NCBI GenBank assembly: GCA_001438605.1
Contig: LIDE01000017.1
Location: 1,513-65,512 of the forward strand
From: SAR92 bacterium BACL16 MAG-120619-bin48
Lineage (GTDB): Bacteria > Pseudomonadota > Gammaproteobacteria > Pseudomonadales > Porticoccaceae
DNA: 64,000 nt
Direction: 5' to 3'
Every line of letters starts with the position of its first letter. Positions within the stretch are counted from its first letter, which is position 1. A program made the position numbers and the translations under genes. Shown here piece after piece: positions 54,354 to 64,000 of this stretch. The notes under the pieces were generated by a model, which did not search any database, was not told the DNA's origin, and saw only the letters and a program-made list of their open reading frames with translations.

Positions 54354-54558
54354 GCGATGGTTGTTGGAGTTGGAGCGCTGGCCTGAGGATGGGGTAGGCG
54401 GCTGAATAATCCTGTCGAAATAACCTTGCTTGCGGCTCTCGAGGTCGGTTTTTGGCCGTTAAAGCTATGTAAAAGTGATTTGGCTCACTTAAAAGAGAAA
54501 AGTTTATTTTTATTTTTGATTTAGGGTAGGGATTTTTGTCGCTTCTGAGTCTTATAGG

Positions 54559-54688
54559 CACTGACGTTTGAAACGCTGACTCTGGTTGTTCTCAGTGGAG
54601 CCAGTCGTTCGAAATCAGTGTATTTATAACACTTTTATAGCCCCTGCTGGTTTGTAACACTCCCCCTCCTTACAGCAGGGGTTTTTTA
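54559..54688 (+). ncRNA. Candidate structured small RNA (long hairpin + AU-rich linker + terminator hairpin)
   Basis: CACTGA/TCAGTG closes an irregular hairpin (54559-54620). AU-rich linker at 54621-54640. CCCCTGC...GCAGGGG is followed by T6. Confidence 0.45.
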
Positions 54689-54725
54689 ATTCTCTTGTGC
54701 TCTTCTCCGTTTGTGCCGTTCTCCC

Positions 54726-54780
54726 TTTGCCCCCCCTCCGTTTGCCCCCCTCCGTTTGCCCCCCCTCTGTTTGCCCCCTT
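54726..54780 (+). repeat. Four imperfect 14-15-nt tandem units TTTG-C(5-7)-TCCG
   Basis: Read directly; gives four G-tracts on the minus strand. Confidence 0.85.
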
Positions 54781-54822
54781 CTCCATGGAGGGCTCAGGTA
54801 GTGCCATGGCTTGCCTAAACCA

Positions 54823-56346
54823 TCAGGACGAGCAACTCACGGAAATATGATCAGCCCAATCTGGCGGCAGTCCGGCGTACTTTTCTGCTTCGGGGTGTTC
54901 ATCAAAGGGGTTTTGCAAAACTCTCAGCAACAGATTTACTTCGCTGTAATCTCCCTGTTGGGCTTTTTCAATGGCGGCCTGGGCCATGTAGTTGCGCAGC
55001 ACATACTTGGGGTTGGTGCGCAACATTTGTGCGCAGCGCTGCTGATCGGTGAGTGGTTGTTGGACTAGGCGCTGAAGGTATTGTTCAGCCCACAGGTCGA
55101 ACGCATCGCGATCAATAAAGTGGTCGCGGACTGATTGGTCGGTGGCGCTAAAGGTGCACAGTTGGCGAAAGAATAAACTGTAGTCCACGGCATTTTTTTG
55201 CAGCAATTCGAGCAGTGAATTGAGTAGTTGTTCATCGTCGTCGCGGTACTCAAGTAAGCCCAATTTGGCGGCCATTAACGCGCGGTAATGGGCTAAATAG
55301 TGAGGCTCGTAGGTTTTTAGTACGGCAATGAGTTCGTCGCTGGAGAGCAGCGACATAAGCGACGTGGCCAGCGCATTTAAATTCCACAGGCCGACAGAGG
55401 GTTGGTTCTTAAATGAGTAGCGGCCATGGCTGTCTGAGTGGTTGCAGATAAAGTTCGGGTTGTAGCTGTCTAGAAAGCCAAATGGCCCGTAGTCGAGTGT
55501 GTCCCCTAAAATCGACATATTGTCAGTGTTCATAACACCATGGGAAAACCCAACCGCTTGCCACTGGGCAATCATTTTTGCCGTATTTTCCACGGTTTGG
55601 GTGAACAGCTTTAAATAGCGATTATGCTCTGCGGCCCATTCGGGAAAATGGCGGTCGATAACATAGTCGGCCAGCGCGGCGACGCCTTCTGGTTGATTGC
55701 GGTAGTGGAAGTGTTCGAAGGAGCCAAAGCGAATATGACTGCGGGCGACTCGGCAGACAATGGCGCCGGACTCGACGTCTTCACGATAAATGCGGGTTTT
55801 ACTATCGAGCAGATAGAGTGCCCGTGTGCTGGCAATGCCAAGCCCATGCATCGCCTCTGAACAGAGGTATTCGCGAATGCTGGAACGCAAAACGGCGCGA
55901 CCGTCAGCGAACCGTGAGTAGGGTGTTGGGCCCGCACCTTTTAGTTGAAGATCCCAGAGTTCGATTTTGCCGTCAGCGCCGGTTACCGGCAGCTCACCAA
56001 GGGTCATGGCGCGACCATCGCCCAGCTGTCCAGCCCAAACGCCAAACTGGTGACCGGAATAAACCAGCGCTATCGGCTTGATATTGGCGGTGCCAAAATT
56101 ACCGCTGACAAGGTCGAGCATTGTCTGGCTCTCGAGGGCGGCGGGATCAATGCCGAGCTGAGTGGCCAACAGGGAATTGCTGCTGACCTTCGTTGGTTGA
56201 TCAAGCCGGCTTGGCACCACTGGGCTAAAGTGCAGATCGCCACGGTCTTTAAAGGTATCAAAAAAACTGTGGTGCAATTTTGCCGTTAGCGATAATTCAG
56301 GTGATGCCATGTGCTGCTGTCCATTGATTAAAAGTATCGACTGCAA
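54823..56346 (-). CDS. selO: Protein adenylyltransferase SelO (YdiU)
   Basis: YSGHQFG...LGDGRA, QLKGAG.TPYSR, HGVMNTDN and C-terminal SCSS. Start may be 56310. Confidence 0.93.
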   Translation of the reverse strand: MQSILLINGQQHMASPELSLTAKLHHSFFDTFKDRGDLHFSPVVPSRLDQPTKVSSNSLLATQLGIDPAALESQTMLDLVSGNFGTANIKPIALVYSGHQFGVWAGQLGDGRAMTLGELPVTGADGKIELWDLQLKGAGPTPYSRFADGRAVLRSSIREYLCSEAMHGLGIASTRALYLLDSKTRIYREDVESGAIVCRVARSHIRFGSFEHFHYRNQPEGVAALADYVIDRHFPEWAAEHNRYLKLFTQTVENTAKMIAQWQAVGFSHGVMNTDNMSILGDTLDYGPFGFLDSYNPNFICNHSDSHGRYSFKNQPSVGLWNLNALATSLMSLLSSDELIAVLKTYEPHYLAHYRALMAAKLGLLEYRDDDEQLLNSLLELLQKNAVDYSLFFRQLCTFSATDQSVRDHFIDRDAFDLWAEQYLQRLVQQPLTDQQRCAQMLRTNPKYVLRNYMAQAAIEKAQQGDYSEVNLLLRVLQNPFDEHPEAEKYAGLPPDWADHISVSCSS

Positions 56347-56395
56347 AAGCCTATTTGGTCGATATGTTAGTGCCTGAGTTTGACAGCGGAGAGCG

Positions 56396-57484
56396 CTACT
56401 CCTCGGTCACCGACAATCCAGCATTGACGCGGCTGATACGACCAAGATTGGCGGCGTGCAAGCTGCTGATATAGAGCCAGTTGTCAGTTTCTAGCGCACC
56501 GGTGTTGGTGTCATAACTGCCGTTTGGATCTTGCAGTGATAGTAGCACTTCGCCGTTCTCATCCATGGCAAAAACGTGACTGTAGGGAACTGCTTGCGGG
56601 CGCATAAAGGCCGGCATGCGCTGCACAATTTTACGCACAAAAGGTGAGTCGGAGAGGTTGTCTAAGGCTTCGCTGCGCGGTGAAACCAATCCCACCCAGT
56701 AGCGTCCATCGCGACCGCGAACAACATTGTCGGGAAAGCCTGGCAGGTTGTCGATCAATACTTCTGATTGGCCTGCTTTGTCCCCTTGTAACCAGTATTT
56801 GTGGACCCGATATGAGCCGGTTTCATTGACCAGAACGAAACTGCTGTCAGCGGCGACGGCGACGCCATTGGCAAAGTTGAGTCCGTCCATGACCACTGCG
56901 GTGGTCTTGTCGGCTGGGTTGTAGACCAACAGGCGGCCATGTCCGCCATGCTCCATGGTGTCGAGCAAGCTTGCGGCGTAAGTGCCGCCATTACTTTTTG
57001 CGCCGAACTTAGTCGATGCGTCGCTAAAGTATATTTTCCCGTCTGCGGCAACGTCTACGTCGTCAGCATAATCAATTGGCGTGCCGTCAACCTCATTGCT
57101 GAGAACACTGATTTCGCCGCTGGGGGCGATGCTCAGCAGTCCAAGATAGGCGTCGGCGACTAGCAGGTTATTGTCGCCATCAAATACAATACCCAGCGGG
57201 CTGCCTTCGGTATTGACCCAGCGAGAAACCTCGCCAGTCTCAGGATTGTGACGCACAATCCATCCCTCGCGCGTGGCTGCATAGACTTCCCCATCAAGCA
57301 GTGCGAGGCCTTCAGGGCCGTGCAGACCTTCGGTGACAACGGTTTCTAGGGAGTTCAGTTTGGTGTTGCTGGCAAAGGCGCCAACATAGCCTTGATCAAC
57401 GGGTGCATCCCAGCTGACAGGGTCGACGGGGACTGGCCAAAAAAGCATATAGGCAATAAAGCAGAGGAAATAAATTTTTAACAT
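56396..57484 (-). CDS. Strictosidine-synthase-like / SMP-30 family protein
   Basis: GPEG, DGKIYFSDAS, FANGV and NLPGFPDN. Confidence 0.87.
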   Translation of the reverse strand: MLKIYFLCFIAYMLFWPVPVDPVSWDAPVDQGYVGAFASNTKLNSLETVVTEGLHGPEGLALLDGEVYAATREGWIVRHNPETGEVSRWVNTEGSPLGIVFDGDNNLLVADAYLGLLSIAPSGEISVLSNEVDGTPIDYADDVDVAADGKIYFSDASTKFGAKSNGGTYAASLLDTMEHGGHGRLLVYNPADKTTAVVMDGLNFANGVAVAADSSFVLVNETGSYRVHKYWLQGDKAGQSEVLIDNLPGFPDNVVRGRDGRYWVGLVSPRSEALDNLSDSPFVRKIVQRMPAFMRPQAVPYSHVFAMDENGEVLLSLQDPNGSYDTNTGALETDNWLYISSLHAANLGRISRVNAGLSVTEE

Positions 57485-57625
57485 GGCGACGACCTTTTAT
57501 AGTTTTTATAGTCGTATGTTGCTCTACTGATTGATCATTAGCAACTTTGGTTGTTTTGCTTGGTGTGACTAGGTTGCTGAGGTAAAATGCCGACCCTTTA
57601 AATGCTGGTCAAAAGATATACTGCT

Positions 57626-58721
57626 ATGGAAGTTAATCCACTCTACAACTCTCTCGATGATCTTCAAGCGCGCACCGACGTCTTGAGGGGGTATCTTTGA
57701 CTACGCTAATCGCAAAGATCGACTGGCTGAGGTTGAGCTAGAACTCGGCGAGGCGGATGTTTGGAACAAACCTGAACGCGCCCAAGAGCTAGGTCGCGAG
57801 CGCGCATCGCTTGAGGCTGTGGTCAAGACCATTGAAAACTTAGATGCCGGTGTTGCCGATGCCCGTGAGCTGCTGGCGATGGCGGTCGAGGAAAATGACG
57901 AAGCCACTGTTGTCGATGTTCAGTCTGAAATTGACGGTCTCGAAGCGCTGTTGGCTAAGCTTGAATTTCGGCGCATGTTTTCCGGCGAGATGGATCCCAA
58001 CAATGCCTATCTTGATATTCAATCTGGCTCTGGCGGCACTGAAGCACAGGATTGGGCCGAGATGCTGCTGCGCATGTATTTGCGCTGGGCCGATGACAAA
58101 GGATTTAAAGCCGAGCTGCTCGAGTGTTCCGCAGGTGATGTCGCGGGTATTAAAGGCGCTACTGTGCAGATCACCGGCGAGTATGCCTACGGTTGGTTGC
58201 GCACAGAAATTGGTGTTCATCGGTTAGTGCGCAAATCGCCGTTTGATTCGGGCAATCGTCGTCATACCTCTTTTTCTGCGGTGTTTGTCTCTCCGGAAAT
58301 TGACGACAATATTGAAATTGATATTAATCCGGCGGATGTTCGCACCGATACCTATCGCGCGTCCGGCGCAGGTGGTCAGCACATCAACAAGACTGACTCT
58401 GCGGTGCGTTTAACCCACGAGCCATCAGGCATTGTGGTGCAGTCGCAGAGCCAGCGCTCACAGCATCAGAACCGCGACAAGTGCTGGCAAATGCTGCGTG
58501 CAAAGTTGTATGAGGCGGAGATGCAGAAGCGCCAGGCCGCAGCGCAGGCGACGGAAGATACTAAGTCGGATATTGGCTGGGGCAGCCAGATTCGCTCCTA
58601 TGTGCTCGACGATGCACGGATTAAAGATTTGCGCACCGGTGTTGAAACACGCAATACGGGTGCTGTACTAGACGGCAAGCTTGACCAGTTTATTGTGGCT
58701 TCGCTAAAGGCCGGACTGTAA
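57626..58721 (+). CDS. prfB: Peptide chain release factor 2 with programmed +1 frameshift
   Basis: ATG at 57626, 24 codons, then CTT-TGA-C at 57695-57701 with upstream AGGGGG. The +1 frame continues into SPF and GGQ motifs. Confidence 0.96.
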
Positions 58722-58767
58722 CCGCCGCCCCGACATTGACATAACTAAAGACGACAAAGACCAGACT

Positions 58768-60261
58768 ATGACTGAACAACACGACGAAAATAAGCTTATT
58801 GCGGAGCGCCGCGCCAAACTCACTGCGTTGCGCGAGCAAGATGGCCCGACGTTTCCCAACGATTTCCGCCCTCAGCACAGCGCTGCCGAACTCCAGGCTG
58901 GTTTTGCTGACCAGACTAAAGAAGCGCTTGAGCAGTTGGGCAAAGTGGTCACCATCGCTGGTCGTGTGATTCGCAATCGCGGTGCGTTTATCGTTGTTCA
59001 AGATAGCTCTGGCACAATTCAGCTCTATGTTACTGCCGACGCGCGACCCTTTGCCAAGGCGTTGGATTTGGGTGATATCGTGGGTATTAGCGGCGCCTTG
59101 CACAAGTCTGGAAAAGGCGATCTCTACGTGCAAATGGACAACTACCAACTGCTAACCAAAGCGTTGCGCCCGCTGCCGGACAAGTTTCACGGATTGGCGG
59201 ATCAAGAGATTCGCTATCGCCAGCGCTATGTTGATCTGATTGTGAACCCCGATGTGCGCAACACATTCCGTATTCGCTCAAAAGTGGTTGATTTTATCCG
59301 TCGCTATTTAAATGGCGCTGACTTTTTAGAAGTCGAGACGCCGATGTTGCAGGTGATCCCAGGGGGTGCAGTCGCGCGTCCGTTTGTCACTCATCACAAC
59401 GCCCTCGATATCGATATGTACTTGCGCATTGCCCCTGAACTTTACTTAAAGCGCCTTGTGGTAGGTGGCTTTGAGCGAGTCTACGAGATCAATCGCAACT
59501 TCAGAAACGAGGGGTTATCGACCCGTCACAATCCTGAATTCACCATGCTAGAGTTTTATCAGGCCTATGCCGACTACAAAGATCTGATGAATCTCACCGA
59601 AGATATGCTGCGCAAAATGACCACAGAAGTGCTGGGGTCGACCAAGGTTGTCACCACGGTCAAAAATGCCGAGGGCGAGGTTGAGAGCGAAACCCATTAC
59701 GACTTTTCGCAGCCGTTTGCTCGCCTGTCGGTCTTTGATTCGATTCTTAAATACAACCCGACGATTGATGCTGACACACTCGCTGATGAGCAGGGTGCGC
59801 GCGATATTGCTCGCGGCCTAGGTATTGCTGTGAAAGATATTTGGGGCTTAGGTAAAGTTCAAATCGAAATCTTTGAAGAGACCGTCGAACACCTATTAAT
59901 ACAGCCGACCTTTATCACCATGTACCCAGCGGAAGTCTCTCCTCTGGCTCGTCGCAATGATGACAATCCGTTTGTCACCGATCGTTTCGAGTTCTTTATT
60001 GGCGGGCGCGAAATTGCCAATGGCTTCTCGGAGTTAAACGACGCCGAAGACCAAGCTGCTCGGTTTAAGCAGCAGGTTGCGGAGAAAGATGCCGGCGATC
60101 TCGAAGCGATGCATTACGATGCGGATTATGTTCGCGCTCTCGAGTACGGAATGCCGCCAACTGCGGGTGAAGGGATTGGCATTGATCGCTTGGTGATGTT
60201 GCTGACCGACTCGCCCTCGATCAGAGATGTGCTGCTCTTCCCGCATATGCGTCCCGAATAA
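58768..60261 (+). CDS. lysS: Lysine--tRNA ligase (class II)
   Basis: [13 protein letters not shown] and GIGIDRL; follows prfB. Confidence 0.97.
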   Translation: MTEQHDENKLIAERRAKLTALREQDGPTFPNDFRPQHSAAELQAGFADQTKEALEQLGKVVTIAGRVIRNRGAFIVVQDSSGTIQLYVTADARPFAKALDLGDIVGISGALHKSGKGDLYVQMDNYQLLTKALRPLPDKFHGLADQEIRYRQRYVDLIVNPDVRNTFRIRSKVVDFIRRYLNGADFLEVETPMLQVIPGGAVARPFVTHHNALDIDMYLRIAPELYLKRLVVGGFERVYEINRNFRNEGLSTRHNPEFTMLEFYQAYADYKDLMNLTEDMLRKMTTEVLGSTKVVTTVKNAEGEVESETHYDFSQPFARLSVFDSILKYNPTIDADTLADEQGARDIARGLGIAVKDIWGLGKVQIEIFEETVEHLLIQPTFITMYPAEVSPLARRNDDNPFVTDRFEFFIGGREIANGFSELNDAEDQAARFKQQVAEKDAGDLEAMHYDADYVRALEYGMPPTAGEGIGIDRLVMLLTDSPSIRDVLLFPHMRPE

Positions 60262-60274
60262 AATAGAACGCAAG

Positions 60275-60311
60275 AAAAAAGCCCGGACTGAAAACAGTGC
60301 CGGGCTTTTTT
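60275..60311. terminator. Bidirectional intrinsic terminator between lysS and glpK
   Basis: AAAAAA-GCCCGG...CCGGGC-TTTTTT. Confidence 0.85.
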
Positions 60312-60348
60312 ATGGGCCACGATATCTAGTGCCCGCGCAGGTCTCGTC

Positions 60349-61842
60349 CTAGGGCGCCAGAACTCGGCGCACAGCAGTATTCCAGCCAGCGACTTTTGCA
60401 TCCCGACGGTCGCGAGGCATCTCTGGGGAAAAGTTCTTGTCCAGTCGCCAACCCTCGGCAAACCCCGCTTGATCGGGCCAGACACCGGTAAAGGAGCCCG
60501 CCAGCCATGCGGCGCCCAGGGCGGTGGTCTCGGCAATAACGGGTCTGTCGACAGGGGCTTGAAGAATGTCAGCCAGTCGCTGCATTGTCCAATCGCTGTT
60601 TACCATACCGCCGTCGACGCGCAACACAGTCTCCACTGGTTGACCCCAGTCGGCGTGCATCGCATCGAGTAAATCCAGTGTCTGAAAACAGACAGATTCG
60701 AGGGCGGCACAGGCAATTTCTGCGGGTCCGGTACCGCGGGTGAGACCGATAAGCGCGCCGCGCGCGTCGGCATCCCACCAGGGGGCGCCGAGACCGGTAA
60801 AGGCAGGGATCATATAAACCCCTTGGCTTTCATCCGCGGTTTTCGCAAGTTCGCCAGATTGCTGTGCCGATTGAATAATGCCCAATCCGTCGCGCAGCCA
60901 TTGCACTGCCGCCCCTGCAATAAAAATCGAGCCTTCGATGGCATAGGTTACGTTGCCGTCGAGCTGGTACGCGATGGTGGTGAGTAGACGGTGTTTCGAG
61001 GTAACGGCAGTTGTGCCTGTATTCAGCAGCGCAAAACAACCTGTGCCATAGGTTGACTTGAGCATGCCCGTTTCAAAACAGGCTTGCCCAAGGGTGGCAG
61101 CTTGTTGGTCGCCGGCAATACCAGCGATGGTAATGGGGTTGCCGAACAATGTAGTGGCGCCAAAATCTGCCGCGCAGTCTTTCACTTCAGGCAACAGCGA
61201 CGCAGGAATATTAAACAGAGATAGCAGTGTCTCATCCCATTCCCCGCGGTGAATATTGTAGAGCAGGGTGCGCGACGCGTTGGTGGCATCGGTGGCGTGA
61301 GATCTGCCCTCGGTCAGGTTCCACAGTAGCCAAGAGTCAATTGTGCCAAAGGCTAACTCGCCGCGGTTGGCTTGGTCCCGTGCGCCCGGAATATGGTCAA
61401 GCAACCACGCAATTTTTGTCGCTGAAAAGTAGGGGTCGAGCAGCAGGCCGGTTTTACTGCTGACCAGCGCCTCGCGTCCCTGCTCTTTGAGTGAGTTGCA
61501 ATAGTCCGCTGTGCGGCGATCTTGCCAGACAATCGCATTGTGTATTGGAGTGCCGGTTTTTCTGTGCCAAATAACGGTGGTTTCACGCTGATTGGTAATG
61601 CCGATACCGGCGATCTGCTGTGCCTCGATACCCGCTTTGCCGATGGCTTGTTTAGCGGTATCGAGAGTGGTTTGCCAGATATCCATTGGGTTGTGTTCGA
61701 CCCATCCAGCCGCGGGAAAGTGCTGAGCAAACTCACATTGCGCTTGCGCGACAATCTTGTACTGACGATCAAATAGAATGGCCCGCGATGACGTGGTGCC
61801 TTGGTCGAGTGCGAGTATAAATTTGTCTGTAAGGCTGCTCAT
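60349..61842 (-). CDS. glpK: Glycerol kinase
   Basis: [23 protein letters not shown] and STYGTG. Confidence 0.93.
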   Translation of the reverse strand: MSSLTDKFILALDQGTTSSRAILFDRQYKIVAQAQCEFAQHFPAAGWVEHNPMDIWQTTLDTAKQAIGKAGIEAQQIAGIGITNQRETTVIWHRKTGTPIHNAIVWQDRRTADYCNSLKEQGREALVSSKTGLLLDPYFSATKIAWLLDHIPGARDQANRGELAFGTIDSWLLWNLTEGRSHATDATNASRTLLYNIHRGEWDETLLSLFNIPASLLPEVKDCAADFGATTLFGNPITIAGIAGDQQAATLGQACFETGMLKSTYGTGCFALLNTGTTAVTSKHRLLTTIAYQLDGNVTYAIEGSIFIAGAAVQWLRDGLGIIQSAQQSGELAKTADESQGVYMIPAFTGLGAPWWDADARGALIGLTRGTGPAEIACAALESVCFQTLDLLDAMHADWGQPVETVLRVDGGMVNSDWTMQRLADILQAPVDRPVIAETTALGAAWLAGSFTGVWPDQAGFAEGWRLDKNFSPEMPRDRRDAKVAGWNTAVRRVLAP

Positions 61843-61870
61843 GGTGTTCGCCCTGCTCGTGATAAATGCA

Positions 61871-62350
61871 TTACTTTTCTTTGGCAACAACGACCACTTG
61901 TGTGCCGGTTAATAGGTCGTGCATACAGGCTCTATCGGGCAGGAGACAGCGAAGGTAACCGAGGCCAAAAACTGCCAGTGACAGGGGGGCGAGCAGGCTG
62001 CGTTTGATGCATTGCTCAGGGCTAGCCAGCGTGCCATCGGGCTGTTGCAGTTTGAGACGCCACGATTTCATACCGAGCGTTTGGCCCTGTTTACGCCAGC
62101 ATATATAGTAGTAACTGATCAGAGCAGCAATCCAACCGGCAAAGCTCAACCACTGCAACACTGGGCCAGGTTGGACATCTTCGAGGTGGTCAGTGCCGTT
62201 GAAAATAACTTTTATCAGCAATAAAAGTAGTCCGTAGGCCAATGTTATAGCGAACAACAGAAAGGCATCGTAAATAAACGCAGCCAAGCGTCGCCCAATA
62301 CCGGCAATTGGAAGTGGGTCATTCAGCGGCTTTGTTTCAGGCTTAGTCAT
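61871..62350 (-). CDS. RDD family membrane protein
   Basis: [19 protein letters not shown] and HDLLTGT. Start uncertain. Confidence 0.85.
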   Translation of the reverse strand: MTKPETKPLNDPLPIAGIGRRLAAFIYDAFLLFAITLAYGLLLLLIKVIFNGTDHLEDVQPGPVLQWLSFAGWIAALISYYYICWRKQGQTLGMKSWRLKLQQPDGTLASPEQCIKRSLLAPLSLAVFGLGYLRCLLPDRACMHDLLTGTQVVVVAKEK

Positions 62351-62440
62351 AAAATAGTCGTCGTCCTCGTGAATCATGTTCGGATTCTGCCGAAAGCCAG
62401 TACAATGCGCAATCAATAGAAAATTCATTAGGAGAGTTTC

Positions 62441-63172
62441 GTGGATTGGATTTATGGCATCCATGCAGTGCAGACCATGCTCAAGTCGGCCCCACAGCGG
62501 GTGCGCGAGGTGCATGTGCAGAGAGGGCGCGAGGATGAGCGGCTACAAAAGATTCACAAGCTTGCCGAGCAGCACGGTGTCACCCTGCAATGGGCCACGG
62601 TGAAAAACCTCGATGCAAAGGTGGAAGGTCGCCATCAGGGGGTGATTGCTCTCTGTGAGTCGGGCCAGACCTTTGATGAGCACTATCTGCTTCAGGTCGC
62701 TGAACAGCAGGGTAGCAATGCACTTTTTTTAGTGTTGGATGGTGTCACTGACCCGCACAATCTCGGCGCCTGTCTCCGCTCTGCGGATGGTGCGGGCGTG
62801 CATGCGGTGATTGTGCCAAAGGACAATTCGGTGGGATTAACACCGGTTGTACAGAAAGTGGCCTGCGGTGCCGCAGAGTCAGTGCCGCTAGTGATGGTCA
62901 CCAACTTGACGCGAACCCTTGAGAAACTTCAGCAGCAAGGCGCGTGGGTGGTGGGTGCAGCCGGCGAAGCGGAACAATTAATTTATGATCTCGATCTGAA
63001 GGGCGCACTGGTATTGGTGATGGGCGCTGAGGGAAAGGGTATCAGGCAGTTGACGCGCAAGCAGTGTGACTATTTAGTTAAGCTGCCGATGGCCGGTGAA
63101 GTGAGTAGCTTAAACGTCTCGGTGGCTACAGGGGTCTGTTTATTTGAAGTCGTCAGACAGCGTCGAGGTTAA
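62441..63172 (+). CDS. rlmB: 23S rRNA (Gm2251) methyltransferase
   Basis: YGIHAV, HQGV, LDGVTDPHNLGA, GAEGKG and SLNVSVA. AGGAG RBS precedes the GTG. Confidence 0.92.
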   Translation: MDWIYGIHAVQTMLKSAPQRVREVHVQRGREDERLQKIHKLAEQHGVTLQWATVKNLDAKVEGRHQGVIALCESGQTFDEHYLLQVAEQQGSNALFLVLDGVTDPHNLGACLRSADGAGVHAVIVPKDNSVGLTPVVQKVACGAAESVPLVMVTNLTRTLEKLQQQGAWVVGAAGEAEQLIYDLDLKGALVLVMGAEGKGIRQLTRKQCDYLVKLPMAGEVSSLNVSVATGVCLFEVVRQRRG

Positions 63173-63338
63173 GAAATAACAGGCGTAAATAGCATTAATT
63201 GTGTTGCCTGAAGAATTGTAAACTATGCTTCTAAGTCTTGCCTGCGACGCTAAATCGAAAAATAATACGCTGGCCAAAGAAACATGAGTTAGATAAGAAC
63301 ATCGATAAATCAACGAACCTCGTTGCAGAACGTAAAAA

Positions 63339-63914
63339 ATGACTTACACGATTCCAAATATTTTGAGTATCTCCAGGCTGGCGCTTGTTCCAGTACTGGT
63401 TGCCTTAGCTTATTTTGGCGAAGCCCAGGCATTTTTAGCCGTACTGGCGGTGTCGCTGCTCAGCGATGCCTTCGACGGTTATATTGCGCGCAAACTCAAT
63501 CAAACCACTGAGCTCGGCGCGCGTCTCGACAGTTGGGGTGATGTACTTACCTACGGCGCGATGATACTCGGCCTGTATTGGGTGTGGCCTGAGGTTTTCG
63601 ACGCACAGGTGTGGTTTCTTGTCGCAGCGACACTCTCTTTTGTTGTGCCAGTGTTAGCCGCGCTGATGAAGTTTGGTGTGTACCCAAGTTATCACACATG
63701 GGCGGCGAAAACCGCCGCTGTGCTTATGGCCCCCGCCTTTTATTGGCTCACACTGGGCGCGGAAGAAGGGTTTTTCCAAGCGGTGATTGTGTTTCATATC
63801 ATAGTGGCTTGTGAAGAACTGGCCATCACCTTGGTATTAGACGAGCCTCGCGCCGATGTGCGCTCAGTCTTCAGTCTTTCGTCTATCGCAAAAAGCGACG
63901 ACAAACAGCGCTGA
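63339..63914 (+). CDS. CDP-alcohol phosphatidyltransferase family protein
   Basis: IPNILSISR and SDAFDGYIAR...GARLDSWGD. Confidence 0.88.
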   Translation: MTYTIPNILSISRLALVPVLVALAYFGEAQAFLAVLAVSLLSDAFDGYIARKLNQTTELGARLDSWGDVLTYGAMILGLYWVWPEVFDAQVWFLVAATLSFVVPVLAALMKFGVYPSYHTWAAKTAAVLMAPAFYWLTLGAEEGFFQAVIVFHIIVACEELAITLVLDEPRADVRSVFSLSSIAKSDDKQR

Positions 63915-64000
63915 AAAGCGCTGAAAATGTCGGTTGCAACCAGCAAGTCAACTCACTACAATAGCGCGCCTTACAGCGTCCGGGCCTAGCTCGGGCACTC

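Overview
A 64-kb segment of a gammaproteobacterial chromosome, roughly 50-55% GC by eye. Gene content and protein style suggest a marine Cellvibrionales/SAR92-like organism (inference). Most of it is housekeeping: pdxJ, yciI, yciO-scpA-scpB-rluB, yciK-gph-ubiG-mtaD, gyrA-pheA-tyrA/aroA-cmk-rpsA-ihfB, rep-valS-holC-pepA-lptFG, bioB-F-H/C-D with a BirA operator, recJ, tesA-ybbA-ybbP, selO, prfB (programmed +1 frameshift), lysS, glpK and rlmB. The standout signals are: (1) a strong C/A-to-G/T strand-composition inversion whose pivot can be placed to about 30 bp (~30,207-30,235) inside the 3' end of rep, with the bias apparently strongest near the pivot; (2) about 160 bp to the left of that pivot, a cas-less type I-C mini CRISPR array (2 perfect repeats, 1 degenerate repeat, two 34-nt spacers) fused to a truncated ECF sigma-factor gene; (3) a lower-GC islet with a ThDP enzyme and an in-frame citrate-synthase-like::EAL chimera that looks like a deletion scar; (4) a candidate structured sRNA next to a G-tract repeat; (5) an orphan histidine kinase with a degenerate ATP-binding domain; (6) a BioH-BioC fusion; (7) recurrent short tandem duplications in intergenic DNA. 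All counts are by hand and no database searches were run.
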